The notes beneath the pieces are model-generated. The model was given only the letters and a program-made list of their open reading frames with translations, made no database searches and had not been told where the DNA came from. The position numbers and the translations under genes are program-made. Shown here one piece after another: positions 27,624-39,026 of a stretch of 64,000 bases of DNA. The DNA lies in NCBI GenBank assembly GCA_963790475.1, contig CAWBOS010000013.1, forward strand, positions 160,001-224,000, in the 5' to 3' direction. The DNA comes from an uncultured delta proteobacterium (GTDB lineage Bacteria > Desulfobacterota > RBG-13-43-22). The number at the start of each line of letters is the position of its first letter. The first letter of the stretch is position 1.

Positions 27624-30600
27624 TTAGTTTTTGATTTCATTTAAGTCAAGCGCCTCGGGTTGAGGGTCCTTTGGGGTCCGTCGGTGAAGCAGACTGAACA
27701 CCACGGGCACGAAGAACAGCGTCGCCACAGTGGCGATCACCAGGCCTCCAATCACCGCTCGGCCCAGCGGGGCGTTCTGCTCACCGCCCTCGCCCAGAGC
27801 CAGTGCCATAGGAAACATACCAATGATCATGGCCAAAGCCGTCATCAGCACCGGGCGCAGGCGGACGATACCCGCTTCCCGGGCCGAGGCCAGCGGGTCA
27901 CCGCCTTGCTGGAGCTGGCTGCGGGCAAAGCTTACCACCAGGATTGAGTTGGCCGTGGCCACCCCCAGGCTCATGATCGTCCCCATCAAAGCGGGAACAC
28001 TCACAGTGGTGACCGTCAGATAGAGTCCCCAGACCACGCCCGCCAGGGCACCGGGAAGCGCGGTAATGATGATAAACGGGTCGAGCCAGCTTTGAAAGAA
28101 AACGACCAGCAGCAGGTAGATGAAGACGATGGCCAGCCCCATTCCTACGGCCAGCCCGGTAAAGCTGGTGCTCATCGTATCCGCCTGTCCGCGCAACGCG
28201 ATGGAGCTCCCTTTCGGCAATTGTTTTTTCGCCTGCTCGATGAGGGGCTTGATGTCGGCCAGCACCCCGCCCAGATCCCGACCGCTGACGCCGCCGAAGA
28301 CGTCGATCACCGGCAGCACGTTGTAATGGGAAAAGATAGGGGATCCGCTGAGGCGTTCGAAGGTAGCGACGTTGGCCAGAATCTGGGCCCCGTTTTTGCC
28401 CGCCTGACCGGCGTTGACCGGGATCGAATTGAGCGCATCAAGCGAATCCATGGGATACTCGGGCACCCGCATGTTGACCGGATATTGGATGCCGTTTTTC
28501 GGGTTGAGCCAGTAGTTGGGTTGTGTCTGACTGCTGCCGCTGAGGCTGATGAGCACCGAGTTGGCCACATCGCGCTCGGTCAGGCCTATCTGAGAGGCCT
28601 TGGTACGATCCACGGCGAAGTGGATCTCGGGCTGGTCGGCCGGCTGTTGAACGCGCACATCGACCGCTCCGGGCACCCGGCGGATTTTTTCAACGAGGGT
28701 TGCCGCGATGGTCCGGCTTTTGTCGCGCTCCCGGCCGACGACCTGGATGTCGAAGGGGGCCGGCAGCCCGAAGTTGATGGTCTGATTGACAATGTCGGCG
28801 GGCAGGAAATAGAAGGTGGCCCCCGGAAAGTCGCGGTTGAGCCGGGCGCGCAATCGGCGCACGTACCCTTCGGTGGGCCGGTGGCCGTGGCTCAGTGAGA
28901 CGAGAATGTCGGCATCGCCGGTTCCTGTTAGACCGTTGTCGATGTACGCGAGGGGGACACCCCCGGAAGGCATGCCGATGTTATCGAGGATGCCCGCGAG
29001 GTCCCTGGCCGGGATCTCTTCCCGGATCACGGCCTCGACCCGGTCCACCATCCGGGTAGTCTCTTCGATGCGCGTCCCGCCGGGGGATCGCAAGTGCAGC
29101 CGGAACTGTCCGGCATCGACCGACGGGAAGAAGTCCTGGCCGAGATGCGGGATGAGCAGCCAGGTGCCGAGGCAAAAGACCAGGAAGAAAATTACGAAGA
29201 GTGCCCGATGCGCCAGTACGGTGCCCAGCATCCGGCGGTAGCCTTCCCTGAACCTACCGAAACCGCGGTCAAAGCTACCCTGCAGCGCCACAAACGGACG
29301 CCACCACAGCGAAACCGTGCCCGGATCGGCCGCATGGCCGCTATACTCGATGTTACGGTAGAACCACATGACCAGGGTCGGGACGAGCGTTCGCGAGAGC
29401 ACATAACTGGCCAGCATAGCGAAGACGACTGCCTCGGCCAGGGGCACGAAGAGATAATGCGACACGCCGGTGAGGAAGAACATGGGTACGAAGACAATGC
29501 AGATGCACAGCGTCGAAACCAGGGCCGGCAGGGCAATTTCCTGCGCTCCGTCGAGAATGGCCGGCACGGTCGTCTTGCCCAGGCGCCATCTGGCGATGAA
29601 TGCTCTCGATGGTCACCGTGGCATCATCCACCAGAATCCCGACGGCTAAAGCCAGTCCTCCCAGGGTCATCAGGTTGATAGTCTCACCCAAGGCGCTGAG
29701 CAGGACAATGGAACTCAGAATCGAAAGCGGAATCGAGATAGCAATGATGAACGTGCTCCGCCATGACCCCAGGAAGAGCAGAATCATGACCGCCGTCAGT
29801 AGCGCTGCGATCACCCCTTCCTTCACCACCCCACTTACGGCCGCGCGGACAAAGAGCGATTGGTCGGCGAATTCCTTGGCTTCCAGCTCGGGCGGCAGAC
29901 CGCTCAGGATCCGCGGCATGGCCTTTTTCACGCTGTCCACGACGCTGAGGGTCGAGGCCGCACCGCTCTTGAGGATGGTGAGCAGCACGCCGCGCACTCC
30001 GTTCAACCGGACCACATTGGTCTGTGGTAGGTAGCCGTCGTGGACCTGGGCCACATCGCCAACCCGGATCACGGCGCCGTTTACGGTTTTGACCGGGAGA
30101 TCGTTCAAAGCCGCGAGCACTGCCGGATTGCTGTTCAAGGAAACGTTATACTCCGTCTCGCCGATTTTTGCGGTGCCGCTGGGGAGGACGAAGTTCTGGG
30201 CATTGAAGGCATTGACCACATCCTGTGGAGCCAGGTTCTTCGCTTTCAGGGCCGGCAGATCGATATCAACGGCCACGACCCGCGCCTTCCCGCCGGCCGG
30301 ATAGGGCATGGAGGCGCCACGAACGGTTGAAAGACCTGGCTTCACGCGGTTCAGCGCCATATCCTGCAGCTCTTGCTCTGACAAGCTTTTGCTTGCGAGG
30401 CTATATTGGAGGATCGGCACCGAGGAAGCATTGTAGCGGATAATAAAAGGCGGGGTGATTCCCGGGGGAAGCAAACGGAGCGCCGTCTGTCCGGTGGCCG
30501 TGATCGACGCCACGCCTTCGGAAACCGAGGCGCCTGGCTGGAGGAAGACCTTGATCACGCCGGCGCCGTTGTAGGCGGTGGACTCCATATGCTCGAGATC

Positions 30601-30828
30601 GTTGACTAAGGTGGTGATCACGCGCTCGTGGTTGTAGATGATGCGCTCCTCCATCTCCCGGGCATTCAGGCCGTTATAGGTCCAGACCACACTGATGACC
30701 GGGATGTTGATCTCCGGGAAGATGTCCGTCGGCGTGCGGAGCAGCACGAACGGTGTCAGCAGCAAAAGCACCAGCGCCGCCACCACGAAGGTGTAGGGCC
30801 GGCGTAAGGCGAGTTGAACAATCCACAT
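27624..30828 (-). CDS. RND efflux permease (AcrB family), split by a frameshift near 29583
   Basis: ORFs 29353-30828 (GILVDDATV) and 27624-29567 (RLRPVLMT) join if one base is removed at ...CAG ATG GCG C(C)TG GGC AAG ACG ACC GTG CCG. Confidence 0.85.
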
Positions 30829-30966
30829 AATTTATTTCCTCGTTAGAAATATTTTCATTTTCCCACCCCTCGGGGAAAAGGCCATACCTTGATATAAGGG
30901 ACAGGAAATGTTCGTTGACGACCCTGGTCAGGGCCGGAACAAGATAACTGATTCCTGTAAAGCTAT

Positions 30967-31008
30967 AAAACTATTTAGTTATATAATCAAGTTATTTTCT
31001 ATTATCAA
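30967..31008 (-). promoter_or_regulatory. sigma70-like promoter with a 7-2-7 operator upstream of the RND operon
   Basis: Minus strand TTGATA-N17-TATATA; AAAACTA-TT-TAGTTAT at 30967-30982. Confidence 0.55.
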
Positions 31009-31570
31009 GAAAAAAATTATTTTAAAGGCCCGTTTGTTGATACTGGTTATGTCAGGAATCGATCAAAGAATAATCTTCCATTTCTTTCGAGGTGTAGACC
31101 CGAGTTTAGGAAAATTTTGAGGGGTGTCGAACAACTAAAAAGATTCAGTGATCCTTTTTTCTATTCATGAAATTAAAGCTCCTTTTTCATTCTCTTGAAT
31201 TCCTCTTCCGTGATCTCTCCCAAGACAAACCGATTTTTTAAAATCATTAACGGGTCTTGAGTTTTCTGAACTTCATCGGTCGGAAGATTCCTGAGACGCG
31301 AAAAGAGATAAAAAATACCCCCCAAAAGCAACCCCCACACACTCAACTGAATCCATCAGGTCAACGGCCCCAACCCAAAATAGCGGTTTCCCCACCAGTA
31401 ACAATTCCACCACATGATTCAACCTCATTAAATCCTTAGAAGTCCCAAGTTAATCGGTTTTTGGAAATACTCATAAGGAACAGTCTTGATTGGTTATTTT
31501 TTCTTCTTGACATGGTCCTTATCCAACCATATTATTATGTAGTAATATATAAAAAACGCTGTGAGGGAAA

Positions 31571-32071
31571 ATGGGTTCTGGGGATATCACGCCAATACAG
31601 ATTGGGAATTTTCAGGTCGGGATGGTCGGGCTCAAGGAAATCATGGCCGACCTGGCCCCCTCTTTTTCCAAGGCCTCGGACGAAGAAATGGCCGGGGCCT
31701 TGATCCAACGGCTCTCCCCAAAAAATTATATACCCGAAAAGGCCAAACCCGAATACGGACGGGCCTTGGTTCGGGAATTCAGAAAATTTTTGGGTCAGGA
31801 AATCCATCCAGACCGAGAAGCTCAAGGCCTGGTCATCAGGGTCCTGGGTCAGGGCTGTGCCAATTGTCAGGCCCTTAGCCAGCGCATTATCGAGGTCCTG
31901 GCGGAATTGAAACTGGCGGCTGATTTTGAGCATGTTACCGATATCAAAGAGATCGCCCGTTACGGGATCCTGCAAAGCCCGGCCCTGCTGATTAACGATA
32001 AAATCGTAGCCAAAGGGTCGGTTCCGTCCAAGGCCCAACTGATTGAATGGTTTAAAAAGGTGGAAGGCTAA
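31571..32071 (+). CDS. Small redox-active disulfide (thioredoxin-like) protein with an N-terminal extension
   Basis: IRVLGQGCANC...YGILQSPALLIND; TTGACA-N17-TATTAT promoter at 31507-31535. Confidence 0.8.
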   Translation: MGSGDITPIQIGNFQVGMVGLKEIMADLAPSFSKASDEEMAGALIQRLSPKNYIPEKAKPEYGRALVREFRKFLGQEIHPDREAQGLVIRVLGQGCANCQALSQRIIEVLAELKLAADFEHVTDIKEIARYGILQSPALLINDKIVAKGSVPSKAQLIEWFKKVEG

Positions 32072-32074
32072 AAC

Positions 32075-32299
32075 ATGGCCAAAGCGATTGTCTTAACCTT
32101 TACCGAGGAAGAAATTCAGACCATTTTGCGCATCGATCTGGACAGTGATCAAACAGGGGCCTTACATTTTATTCGAGAGACAATCGGCAAAAAATTAAAG
32201 GTCCTCAGCCGTCCCCATTGTGTACCGGTCTTTGAGGTCACTTACAGCCCCAGGCAAAAAGAGGCCTTTCAACCCACGGGAAAGAACGAAAATCTATGA
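32075..32299 (+). CDS. Small hypothetical protein
   Basis: In operon, 3 nt after the previous stop; contains PHCVPVF. Confidence 0.6.
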   Translation: MAKAIVLTFTEEEIQTILRIDLDSDQTGALHFIRETIGKKLKVLSRPHCVPVFEVTYSPRQKEAFQPTGKNENL

Positions 32300-32320
32300 A
32301 AAAACATAAGGTAAAAACCC

Positions 32321-32644
32321 ATGCTTAACATCCAACTTCTTCATACCCAAGGCTGACCGGCCAAAGACAAGGCGCTGGAAGCGATTCGAAAAGTACTTGA
32401 AGAAAAACGGATCGGTGGCTCGATTGAAGAAATTTTAATTGCCACCGAAGAAGAAGCCCGGAGAAATAATTTTTTGGGTTCTCCAACCATCAAGATCAAT
32501 GGGACGGACCTGGAGCCTTCAGCCAGGCATCTTTCCCAAACCGGCCTGGGCTGACGGTTTTATGTCTCTGAGGATGGTCGATTCTCAAAAATGCCGCCGG
32601 AATCTTTAATAAGAGAACAAATTGACTTTTTTATGAATAGTTAA
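32321..32644 (+). CDS. Thioredoxin-fold (DUF2703-like) protein with two in-frame UGA codons; probable double selenoprotein
   Basis: [28 protein letters not shown]...[15 protein letters not shown]...GLG-U-RFY...PPESLIR. TGA at 32354-32356 and 32552-32554 sit where homologs have GCP and CRxY cysteines. The gene fills the gap to acr3. Confidence 0.8.
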
Positions 32645-32660
32645 AAAGGAGGATGGTCAA

Positions 32661-33752
32661 ATGACCGAAACGATTCCTAAGAAACTTTCTTTTCTGGACC
32701 GTTTTCTAACCCTGTGGATCTTCCTGGCCATGCTGGTAGGCGTAGGATCCGGATATCTTTTTCCCCAGGTGGTCGGATTCTGGAATCTCTTTCAGGTGGA
32801 CACCACCAATATCCCTATCGCCATCGGGCTGATCCTGATGATGTACCCTCCCCTGGCCAAGGTCAAATATGAAGAACTCGGGGAAGTCTTTAAAAATTAT
32901 AAAGTACTGACACTTTCCCTGGTCCAGAACTGGGTCATCGGCCCGATCCTGATGTTTTTCCTGGCCATCCTCTTTCTGGCCGGATATCCGGAATACATGG
33001 TCGGTTTGATCATGATCGGTCTGGCCCGCTGCATCGCCATGGTCATCGTCTGGAACGAGCTGGCCTCCGGGGATACCGAATACTGTGCCGGCCTGGTAGC
33101 CTTCAATTCCATCTTCCAGGTCCTTTTCTTCTCTCTCTATGCCTATATCTTTATTACCATCCTGCCCGGCTGGTTCGGCTTGAAAGGCACGGTGGTCAAT
33201 ATCTCCATCGGTCAGATCGCCAAAAGCGTCTTTATCTATCTGGGGATTCCCTTTATCGCCGGGATCATTACCCGTTTCACCCTGATCAAGATCAAGGACA
33301 AAACCTGGTATCATGAAAAATTCATCCCCAAAATCAGCCCTATCACCCTCATTGCGCTGCTCTTTACCATCATCGTCATGTTTTCCCTCAAGGGGGAATA
33401 CATCGTTCAGCTGCCTCTGGATGTGATCCGTATCGCCATCCCGCTGACCATTTATTTCATCATTATGTTTTTTATCTCCTTTTATATGTCCATGAAAGTC
33501 AAGGCCACCTATGAACAGGCCACAACGTTAAGTTTCACCGCCGCCTCCAACAATTTCGAATTGGCCATTGCCGTAGCCGTGGCCGTCTTCGGCATCAACT
33601 CCGGCGCGGCTTTTGCCGCGGTCATCGGCCCCCTGGTGGAAGTCCCGGTCCTGATCAGTCTGGTCAGTGTGGCCCTGTGGTTTAGACGAAGATACTTTCC
33701 CTTTGCCTTGGAGACACCGACCGGTGTCTGTCATCTGACCTGCAAACCTTAA
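32661..33752 (+). CDS. acr3: Arsenite efflux transporter, ACR3 family
   Basis: [56 protein letters not shown]. Confidence 0.95.
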   Translation: MTETIPKKLSFLDRFLTLWIFLAMLVGVGSGYLFPQVVGFWNLFQVDTTNIPIAIGLILMMYPPLAKVKYEELGEVFKNYKVLTLSLVQNWVIGPILMFFLAILFLAGYPEYMVGLIMIGLARCIAMVIVWNELASGDTEYCAGLVAFNSIFQVLFFSLYAYIFITILPGWFGLKGTVVNISIGQIAKSVFIYLGIPFIAGIITRFTLIKIKDKTWYHEKFIPKISPITLIALLFTIIVMFSLKGEYIVQLPLDVIRIAIPLTIYFIIMFFISFYMSMKVKATYEQATTLSFTAASNNFELAIAVAVAVFGINSGAAFAAVIGPLVEVPVLISLVSVALWFRRRYFPFALETPTGVCHLTCKP

Positions 33753-33769
33753 GGAAGGAGTAATCTGGA

Positions 33770-34294
33770 ATGTTATTGGAAACCTACAGGCTGGAAATTT
33801 TTAATTCAAAGTGCAACCCTGGGGCCATGGCCGTCCATTGTTTCGCCCATCTGGATCAGGACGTAAGCCCGGCCATCCCCTATTTAAACGCGGTTTTGGG
33901 CGGATTCGGCTTCACCAAGGACCCTCCCTCGGTCACCTTCCGGTCTCAGGGCAAGCTCATCACCGTCCATGGAGACAAAATCGCTGTGAATGCCCTAAAG
34001 GATGAAGCTGAAGCCCGAAAAATCGTCGAATGGCTGAAGAGAGAAATCAATGAGGCTTGGGAAAAACGGGATGAAATCGAGCCTTCCTACGAAAGCCTGC
34101 CCCGGCCCCAAGTCATGCCGATTCTTAAACTGCTGCCAAAAACCAATTGCCGGGAATGTGGAGAGCCGACCTGCATGGTTTTCGCCGTATCCGTTACCGA
34201 AGGGATAAAAGGAGCGGAGGACTGCCCCTCCCTGTCCCAGGAAAACAAACATAAACTGGGAATATACTTAAGTCCTTTTAAACTGGACTTATAG
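33770..34294 (+). CDS. Putative Fe-S cluster-binding protein
   Basis: LPKTNCRECGEPTCMVFA...CP motif. Confidence 0.75.
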   Translation: MLLETYRLEIFNSKCNPGAMAVHCFAHLDQDVSPAIPYLNAVLGGFGFTKDPPSVTFRSQGKLITVHGDKIAVNALKDEAEARKIVEWLKREINEAWEKRDEIEPSYESLPRPQVMPILKLLPKTNCRECGEPTCMVFAVSVTEGIKGAEDCPSLSQENKHKLGIYLSPFKLDL

Positions 34295-34400
34295 GCCGTC
34301 ATGGCAACGCTTTATAAAAATATTCTCTATTCTGACATCTTTTGGGTAATCGCCAACTAATCTATCATGGTATTGAATTACTTTTTATTTCTCTTTTTAC

Positions 34401-34442
34401 TTGACAAACAAGCCAGCAGAAACTATATTACCATATAGTTAT
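34401..34442 (+). promoter_or_regulatory. sigma70 promoter with a 7-2-7 operator upstream of the arsP-like permease
   Basis: TTGACA-N17-TATATT; ATTACCA-TA-TAGTTAT at 34427-34442. Confidence 0.6.
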
Positions 34443-34494
34443 TTAGGGAACAAAACAAGCGAGACTTAGGAACGGTTAGATTCGGAGCAAAGCC

Positions 34495-35571
34495 ATGAAT
34501 GATAAAGTATCCTGTGAATGTATGGAAACAACCATTACGGATTCAACTCAAATAAATCTAAGGAAAAAACTGGTTATCTTGCCGATAACCCTGGTGGTCT
34601 GGTGGATTATTTATCATCAATTACCGAAGGTTACCGGATGGTTGACCTTTGATCTATTCAGTTTGGGAAGAGGGACGCATTTAGGGGAGGCCATCGCCTT
34701 TTTTCTCTATGATGTTCCTAAGGTATTAATGCTTCTGGTCTTGGTCGTATTTGGCGTGGGACTCTTGCGCTCTTTCTTTACCCCGGAAAAAACGAGGGGT
34801 ATCTTAGCCGGTAAAAAAGAGTCCGTAGGCAATGTACTGGCCGCCGGGCTGGGGATTGCCACTCCTTTTTGTACCTGTTCAGCCATCCCGCTATTTATCG
34901 GCTTTGTCGAGGCCGGGGTTCCCCTGGGGGTGACCTTGTCCTTTTTGATCTCCGCCCCCATGATCAATGAAATCGCTCTGGTATTATTATTCGGCCTTTT
35001 CGGCTGGAAAGTGGCCGCCCTTTATCTGACCACCGGGTTGCTGATTGCCATTGTCAGCGGCTGGGTGATCGGCCGGCTGGGCATGGAAAGATATATCGAA
35101 GATTGGGTCCGGGAAATCAGGAGTAACGGTGTTCCGTTAATGATGGAAAAACTGACCTGGTCCGGCCGGATCGACTATGCCTGGCAAGCCGTTAAAGATA
35201 TAGTCGGTAAGGTCTGGATCTATGTCATGGCCGGTATTGCCGTAGGGGCGGCCATTCACGGCTATGTGCCGGTGGGTTTCATGGCCTCTTTCATGGGCCG
35301 GGAGGCCTGGTGGTCGGTTCCTCTGGCTGTGATCCTGGGGGTCCCTATGTATTCCAATGCCGCCGGGATCATCCCCATTGTCCAGGCCCTGCTGGAAAAA
35401 GGAGCCGCTCTGGGCACGGTGTTGGCCTTCATGATGGCGGTTATCGGTTTGTCTTTACCGGAAACGATCATTTTAAGAAAGGTATTGAAACCCCGGCTTA
35501 TCGCTGTTTTCATCGGGGTGGTAGCTACAGGGATTCTTCTGGTGGGTTTTCTCTTTAACGCCCTTTTGTAA
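34495..35571 (+). CDS. ArsP/DUF318 family permease
   Basis: FFLYDVPK, TPFCTCSAIPLF, FLISAPMINE, GVPMYSNAAG, LSLPE. Confidence 0.85.
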   Translation: MNDKVSCECMETTITDSTQINLRKKLVILPITLVVWWIIYHQLPKVTGWLTFDLFSLGRGTHLGEAIAFFLYDVPKVLMLLVLVVFGVGLLRSFFTPEKTRGILAGKKESVGNVLAAGLGIATPFCTCSAIPLFIGFVEAGVPLGVTLSFLISAPMINEIALVLLFGLFGWKVAALYLTTGLLIAIVSGWVIGRLGMERYIEDWVREIRSNGVPLMMEKLTWSGRIDYAWQAVKDIVGKVWIYVMAGIAVGAAIHGYVPVGFMASFMGREAWWSVPLAVILGVPMYSNAAGIIPIVQALLEKGAALGTVLAFMMAVIGLSLPETIILRKVLKPRLIAVFIGVVATGILLVGFLFNALL

Positions 35572-35618
35572 ATTTTTACTTGACTTTGATAAAAAACAAT
35601 ATAACCATATAGGCACTT

Positions 35619-35954
35619 ATGAAAAAATCAGCAGAGATGAACCAAAAAATACTGGAAGGCCAGGCCTCTATACTCAAAGCCCTGGGGCAGCCCACCCGTT
35701 TGCAAATCTTGGAATTGCTAAATAACGGTGAGCGCTGCGTCTGTGAAATATTTCCGGCTATTCATCAGGAACAGGCCAATGTCTCCAAACACCTTTCGAT
35801 CTTGAAACAGGCCGGTATTTTAGAATCCCGGAAGGACGGTTTGCGTATCCTCTACCGGATAAAAACGCCTGAGATTCTGGACCTGCTGACCGGGGTTTCC
35901 AAACTCTTAAAAGCCCAGGCCAATGAACAGCATCGTTTAATGACCCGATTATAA
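35619..35954 (+). CDS. ArsR/SmtB family repressor
   Basis: KALGQPTRLQILELL...ERCVCEI...QANVSKHLSILKQAG. Confidence 0.9.
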   Translation: MKKSAEMNQKILEGQASILKALGQPTRLQILELLNNGERCVCEIFPAIHQEQANVSKHLSILKQAGILESRKDGLRILYRIKTPEILDLLTGVSKLLKAQANEQHRLMTRL

Positions 35955-36005
35955 ATTTTTTTAGCCATTAAGTTACTAATTATTCATATAGTTAATAAGT
36001 GTTTT

Positions 36006-36953
36006 ATGGAATCTCATCCCCATAATCATAATCCGGAGACCTCCTGGGGTAAACGCCTGTTCATCACCATGGTGATGAATCTGTTGATCCCGGCCGTTCA
36101 GATTATCGTCGGAATCATAGCCGGCAGCATGGCCCTGATCAGCGATGCCTTGCACAACCTGAGCGATTTTGCCTCCATTCTGATCAGCTACCTGGCCTTA
36201 AAAATCGGCCAACGAGGTCCTACCCTTTCCCAAAGCTTCGGCTACCGGCGAGTGGAGGTCATGGCCGCTGTCTTCAATGTGGCTCTCCTTTTTGGAGCCG
36301 GGCTTTACATCACCGTCGAAGGCTGGATCCGTTTGAAAAATCCGACGGTCATTCATGGGGATTGGGTCATCTGGGCCGCCCTTCTGGGTATTGTCGCCAA
36401 CGGGATCTCTACCTGGATGCTCTATTCCGGGTCTAAAGAAAACCTCAACATGCGTGGGGCCTTCGTGCACATGTTGACCGATACCCTGACTTCCTTCGGA
36501 GTTGCTTTGCTGGGGGTCCTCTGGTTGTTTCGTCCCTGGTACTGGTTGGACCCGATCGTCTCCTGGGCCATCGTGGTCTTGATTCTATACAGCGGCTGGG
36601 GTATTCTGAAAGAAGCCTTGCTCATCTTAATGAATGCCGTCCCGGCAGGTATAGACCTGGAGACTATACAAAAAGAGGTGGAATTGATTGATGGTGTGGA
36701 TGATCTGCATCACCTCCATGTCTGGAACCCTGCTTCCGGGTCGATTGCCCTGGCTGCTCATGTGATCGTACCGGACCAGATGTTGGGAGGGGTTGATGTT
36801 CTGGCCCAAAAGGTAAGGGCACTGCTCCTTTCCAAATTCAACATTGACCATCCCATTTTACAATTTGAGACCAAGGCCTATGCGGCAAAAGATTTATTAT
36901 GCAACCTTTGTCAAAATAATCCCAATACGATAAAAGGAAATAATTGTAGTTAA
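36006..36953 (+). CDS. Cation diffusion facilitator (CzcD-like)
   Basis: SMALISDALHNLSD, SFGYRRVE, NMRGAFVHMLTD, HHLHVW. Confidence 0.9.
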   Translation: MESHPHNHNPETSWGKRLFITMVMNLLIPAVQIIVGIIAGSMALISDALHNLSDFASILISYLALKIGQRGPTLSQSFGYRRVEVMAAVFNVALLFGAGLYITVEGWIRLKNPTVIHGDWVIWAALLGIVANGISTWMLYSGSKENLNMRGAFVHMLTDTLTSFGVALLGVLWLFRPWYWLDPIVSWAIVVLILYSGWGILKEALLILMNAVPAGIDLETIQKEVELIDGVDDLHHLHVWNPASGSIALAAHVIVPDQMLGGVDVLAQKVRALLLSKFNIDHPILQFETKAYAAKDLLCNLCQNNPNTIKGNNCS

Positions 36954-36965
36954 GGAGGTTTTATA

Positions 36966-37214
36966 ATGGAAATCAAAGTTCTGGGACCCGGATGTCCCAA
37001 ATGTCAGCAAACCGAAAAAATCGTCAAGGAAGCCGTGGCCGAAGCAGGAGTGGATGCCCAAGTGGAAAAAATTACCGATATTATGAAAATCATGACCTTT
37101 GGGGTCATAAGCACCCCGGCCGTTGTAGTGGACGGTCAAGTCAAATCGTCGGGGAAAGTCCCCAAAAAAGAGGAAATAAAAGATTGGATTAGACAAGCAA
37201 AAGTCGCCTCCTGA
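36966..37214 (+). CDS. Small redox-active disulfide protein (MTH895-like thioredoxin)
   Basis: IKVLGPGCPKC...GVISTPAVVVDG. Confidence 0.9.
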   Translation: MEIKVLGPGCPKCQQTEKIVKEAVAEAGVDAQVEKITDIMKIMTFGVISTPAVVVDGQVKSSGKVPKKEEIKDWIRQAKVAS

Positions 37215-37379
37215 TCCTGGTCTCCGGTCCGGATGCAGGAAGTTCTCCTGCCCCTAAAGGAAACCTTGATCGGTCGATCCTGCTGCGGGGAGCCGATCTA
37301 TGATGATTAGCAGGAGACAAGGTCATCTCCAAATATTTATCCGAGAAAATAAAAGACTGCCACTATCTCCGAGGAAGAA

Positions 37380-37889
37380 TTGAAAATTTTATATAACCAA
37401 AACAAAGAGATGATAGGCAATGTCCCTTTTGAACAGGCTCAGCAGATTCGGGAGATATTGAAGGACTATCCGGTTGGGCAAAAGAGGGAAGCAGCCGTTA
37501 ACCAATACATCCTGACCCTTGGACGGCAAACACCTATTCAAGTAAATGAAGATTGGGTAAAAAAACAAAGCGTCTTAACTCTGGATAACCCAGTGGATCG
37601 GGCCAGACGGTCCGGCAAGCCAACCATGGTTGAATTCGGGGCCACCGGATGTGTCCCCTGCGATATGATGACCCCCATCCTGGCCGACCTTAGAAAGAAA
37701 TTTCCAGAGAAATTGAATGTCCTTTTCGTCCATGTAGGGCAGGAAAAAATATTGGGTGCCCGTTTTAAAATTCAGGGCATCCCGATCCAGGTCTTCTTCG
37801 ACAAAGACGGCCAGGAGGTTTTCCGACATACCGGTTTTTTCCCTCAATCGGAGCTTGAAAATAAAATGGGTCAACTGGGTTTGATATAG
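37380..37889 (+). CDS. Thioredoxin-domain protein, probably 5'-truncated
   Basis: EFGATGCVPCDMM...IPIQVFFD..G.EVFRH.GF. The start is a weak TTG, and the upstream sequence looks like degraded coding DNA. Confidence 0.65.
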   Translation: MKILYNQNKEMIGNVPFEQAQQIREILKDYPVGQKREAAVNQYILTLGRQTPIQVNEDWVKKQSVLTLDNPVDRARRSGKPTMVEFGATGCVPCDMMTPILADLRKKFPEKLNVLFVHVGQEKILGARFKIQGIPIQVFFDKDGQEVFRHTGFFPQSELENKMGQLGLI

Positions 37890-37939
37890 TTCGTACAGGA
37901 CATAGGATATCGAGAAACAAGGAAGTCCCGGTCAAAGGC

Positions 37940-38206
37940 ATGGTTAACCTGATCGACCTGGGGGCCGATTCCTGCCTGCCTTGTAAGATGATGGCCCCAA
38001 TTCTGGAAAAATTGGAAAAAATCTATCAAGGCAAGGCGGCCATCATTTTCATCGATGTCAGGAAGTTCCCGGATCAAGCCAAACGGTTTGGTATCCGGGC
38101 CATACCAACACAAATCTTTTTTGATAAAAAAGGCAAGGAAGTTTACCGCCATGAAGGGTTTATGAGCGAAAAACAAAATGTTGAAATTATTGCCCACATG
38201 CAATAG
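37940..38206 (+). CDS. Thioredoxin-family protein (possibly truncated)
   Basis: DLGADSCLPCKMM...AIPTQIFFD. Confidence 0.75.
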   Translation: MVNLIDLGADSCLPCKMMAPILEKLEKIYQGKAAIIFIDVRKFPDQAKRFGIRAIPTQIFFDKKGKEVYRHEGFMSEKQNVEIIAHMQ

Positions 38207-38225
38207 ATAGGGGCCAACTGAAAAA

Positions 38226-38930
38226 ATGCTGGAAAATATTTTTATGACCGTCAATGAATGGCTTATCGGGGGCACCACCATCGCCTTTATCGGGGCTTTT
38301 TTCTGGGGTATGATCAGTGTGGCCTTCAGTCCTTGTCACTTGGCTTCCATCCCTTTGATTGTGGCTTATGTGGGGGGTCAGGAAAAGATGATACAGGCCC
38401 GGCAGGCCGTTTATTACTCCATTGCCTTTACCTCGGGTCTATTTGTCACCATTGCCATCATAGGGATAATCTGTGCCCTCCTGGGCCGGATGCTGGGGGA
38501 TGTGGGCAATTACTGGCAAATCCTTGTGGGGCTGGTTTTGGTCTGGGTGTCTTTGGGTATGCTGGGGGTCGAGAAATGCTCCATGTCGGGCAACCTTTTA
38601 TACCGTCTTAATCTAAAAGGGATTCGGGGGGCCCTGGTTCTTGGTCTGGCTTACGGGGTCCTCTCCGGTTCTTGTACCTTCGGATTTATTGCCCCCATAC
38701 TGGCCATCATCACCATTCAAAAAATGGTCCTCTATGGGATCATCATGATCCTCCTTTTCGCCCTGGGGCATTGCTTGCCTATTGTTGTGGCTGGAAGTTC
38801 CACGGCCGCTGTCCGTAAACTTATTGAAAATCAATCCTGGCAAACCGGAGGCCAGTGGTTCCGCCGCGGGGCCGGTGTGCTCATCGGGCTTCTGGGTCTC
38901 TATTTTATAGTTAATCCATTTATTACCTAA
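38226..38930 (+). CDS. ccdA: CcdA/DsbD-type thiol-disulfide transporter
   Basis: SPCHLASIPL and GSCTFGF cysteines, about 6 TM helices, next to thioredoxins. Confidence 0.8.
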   Translation: MLENIFMTVNEWLIGGTTIAFIGAFFWGMISVAFSPCHLASIPLIVAYVGGQEKMIQARQAVYYSIAFTSGLFVTIAIIGIICALLGRMLGDVGNYWQILVGLVLVWVSLGMLGVEKCSMSGNLLYRLNLKGIRGALVLGLAYGVLSGSCTFGFIAPILAIITIQKMVLYGIIMILLFALGHCLPIVVAGSSTAAVRKLIENQSWQTGGQWFRRGAGVLIGLLGLYFIVNPFIT

Positions 38931-39026
38931 CCCTTAAACCTTTGTAAGCAGCTGACTCTATAAGGAATTGATCGAACCGGAGAATTTTCAATATTTATAC
39001 TCTTTTGAAGAGGAAGGGGAATCGGC

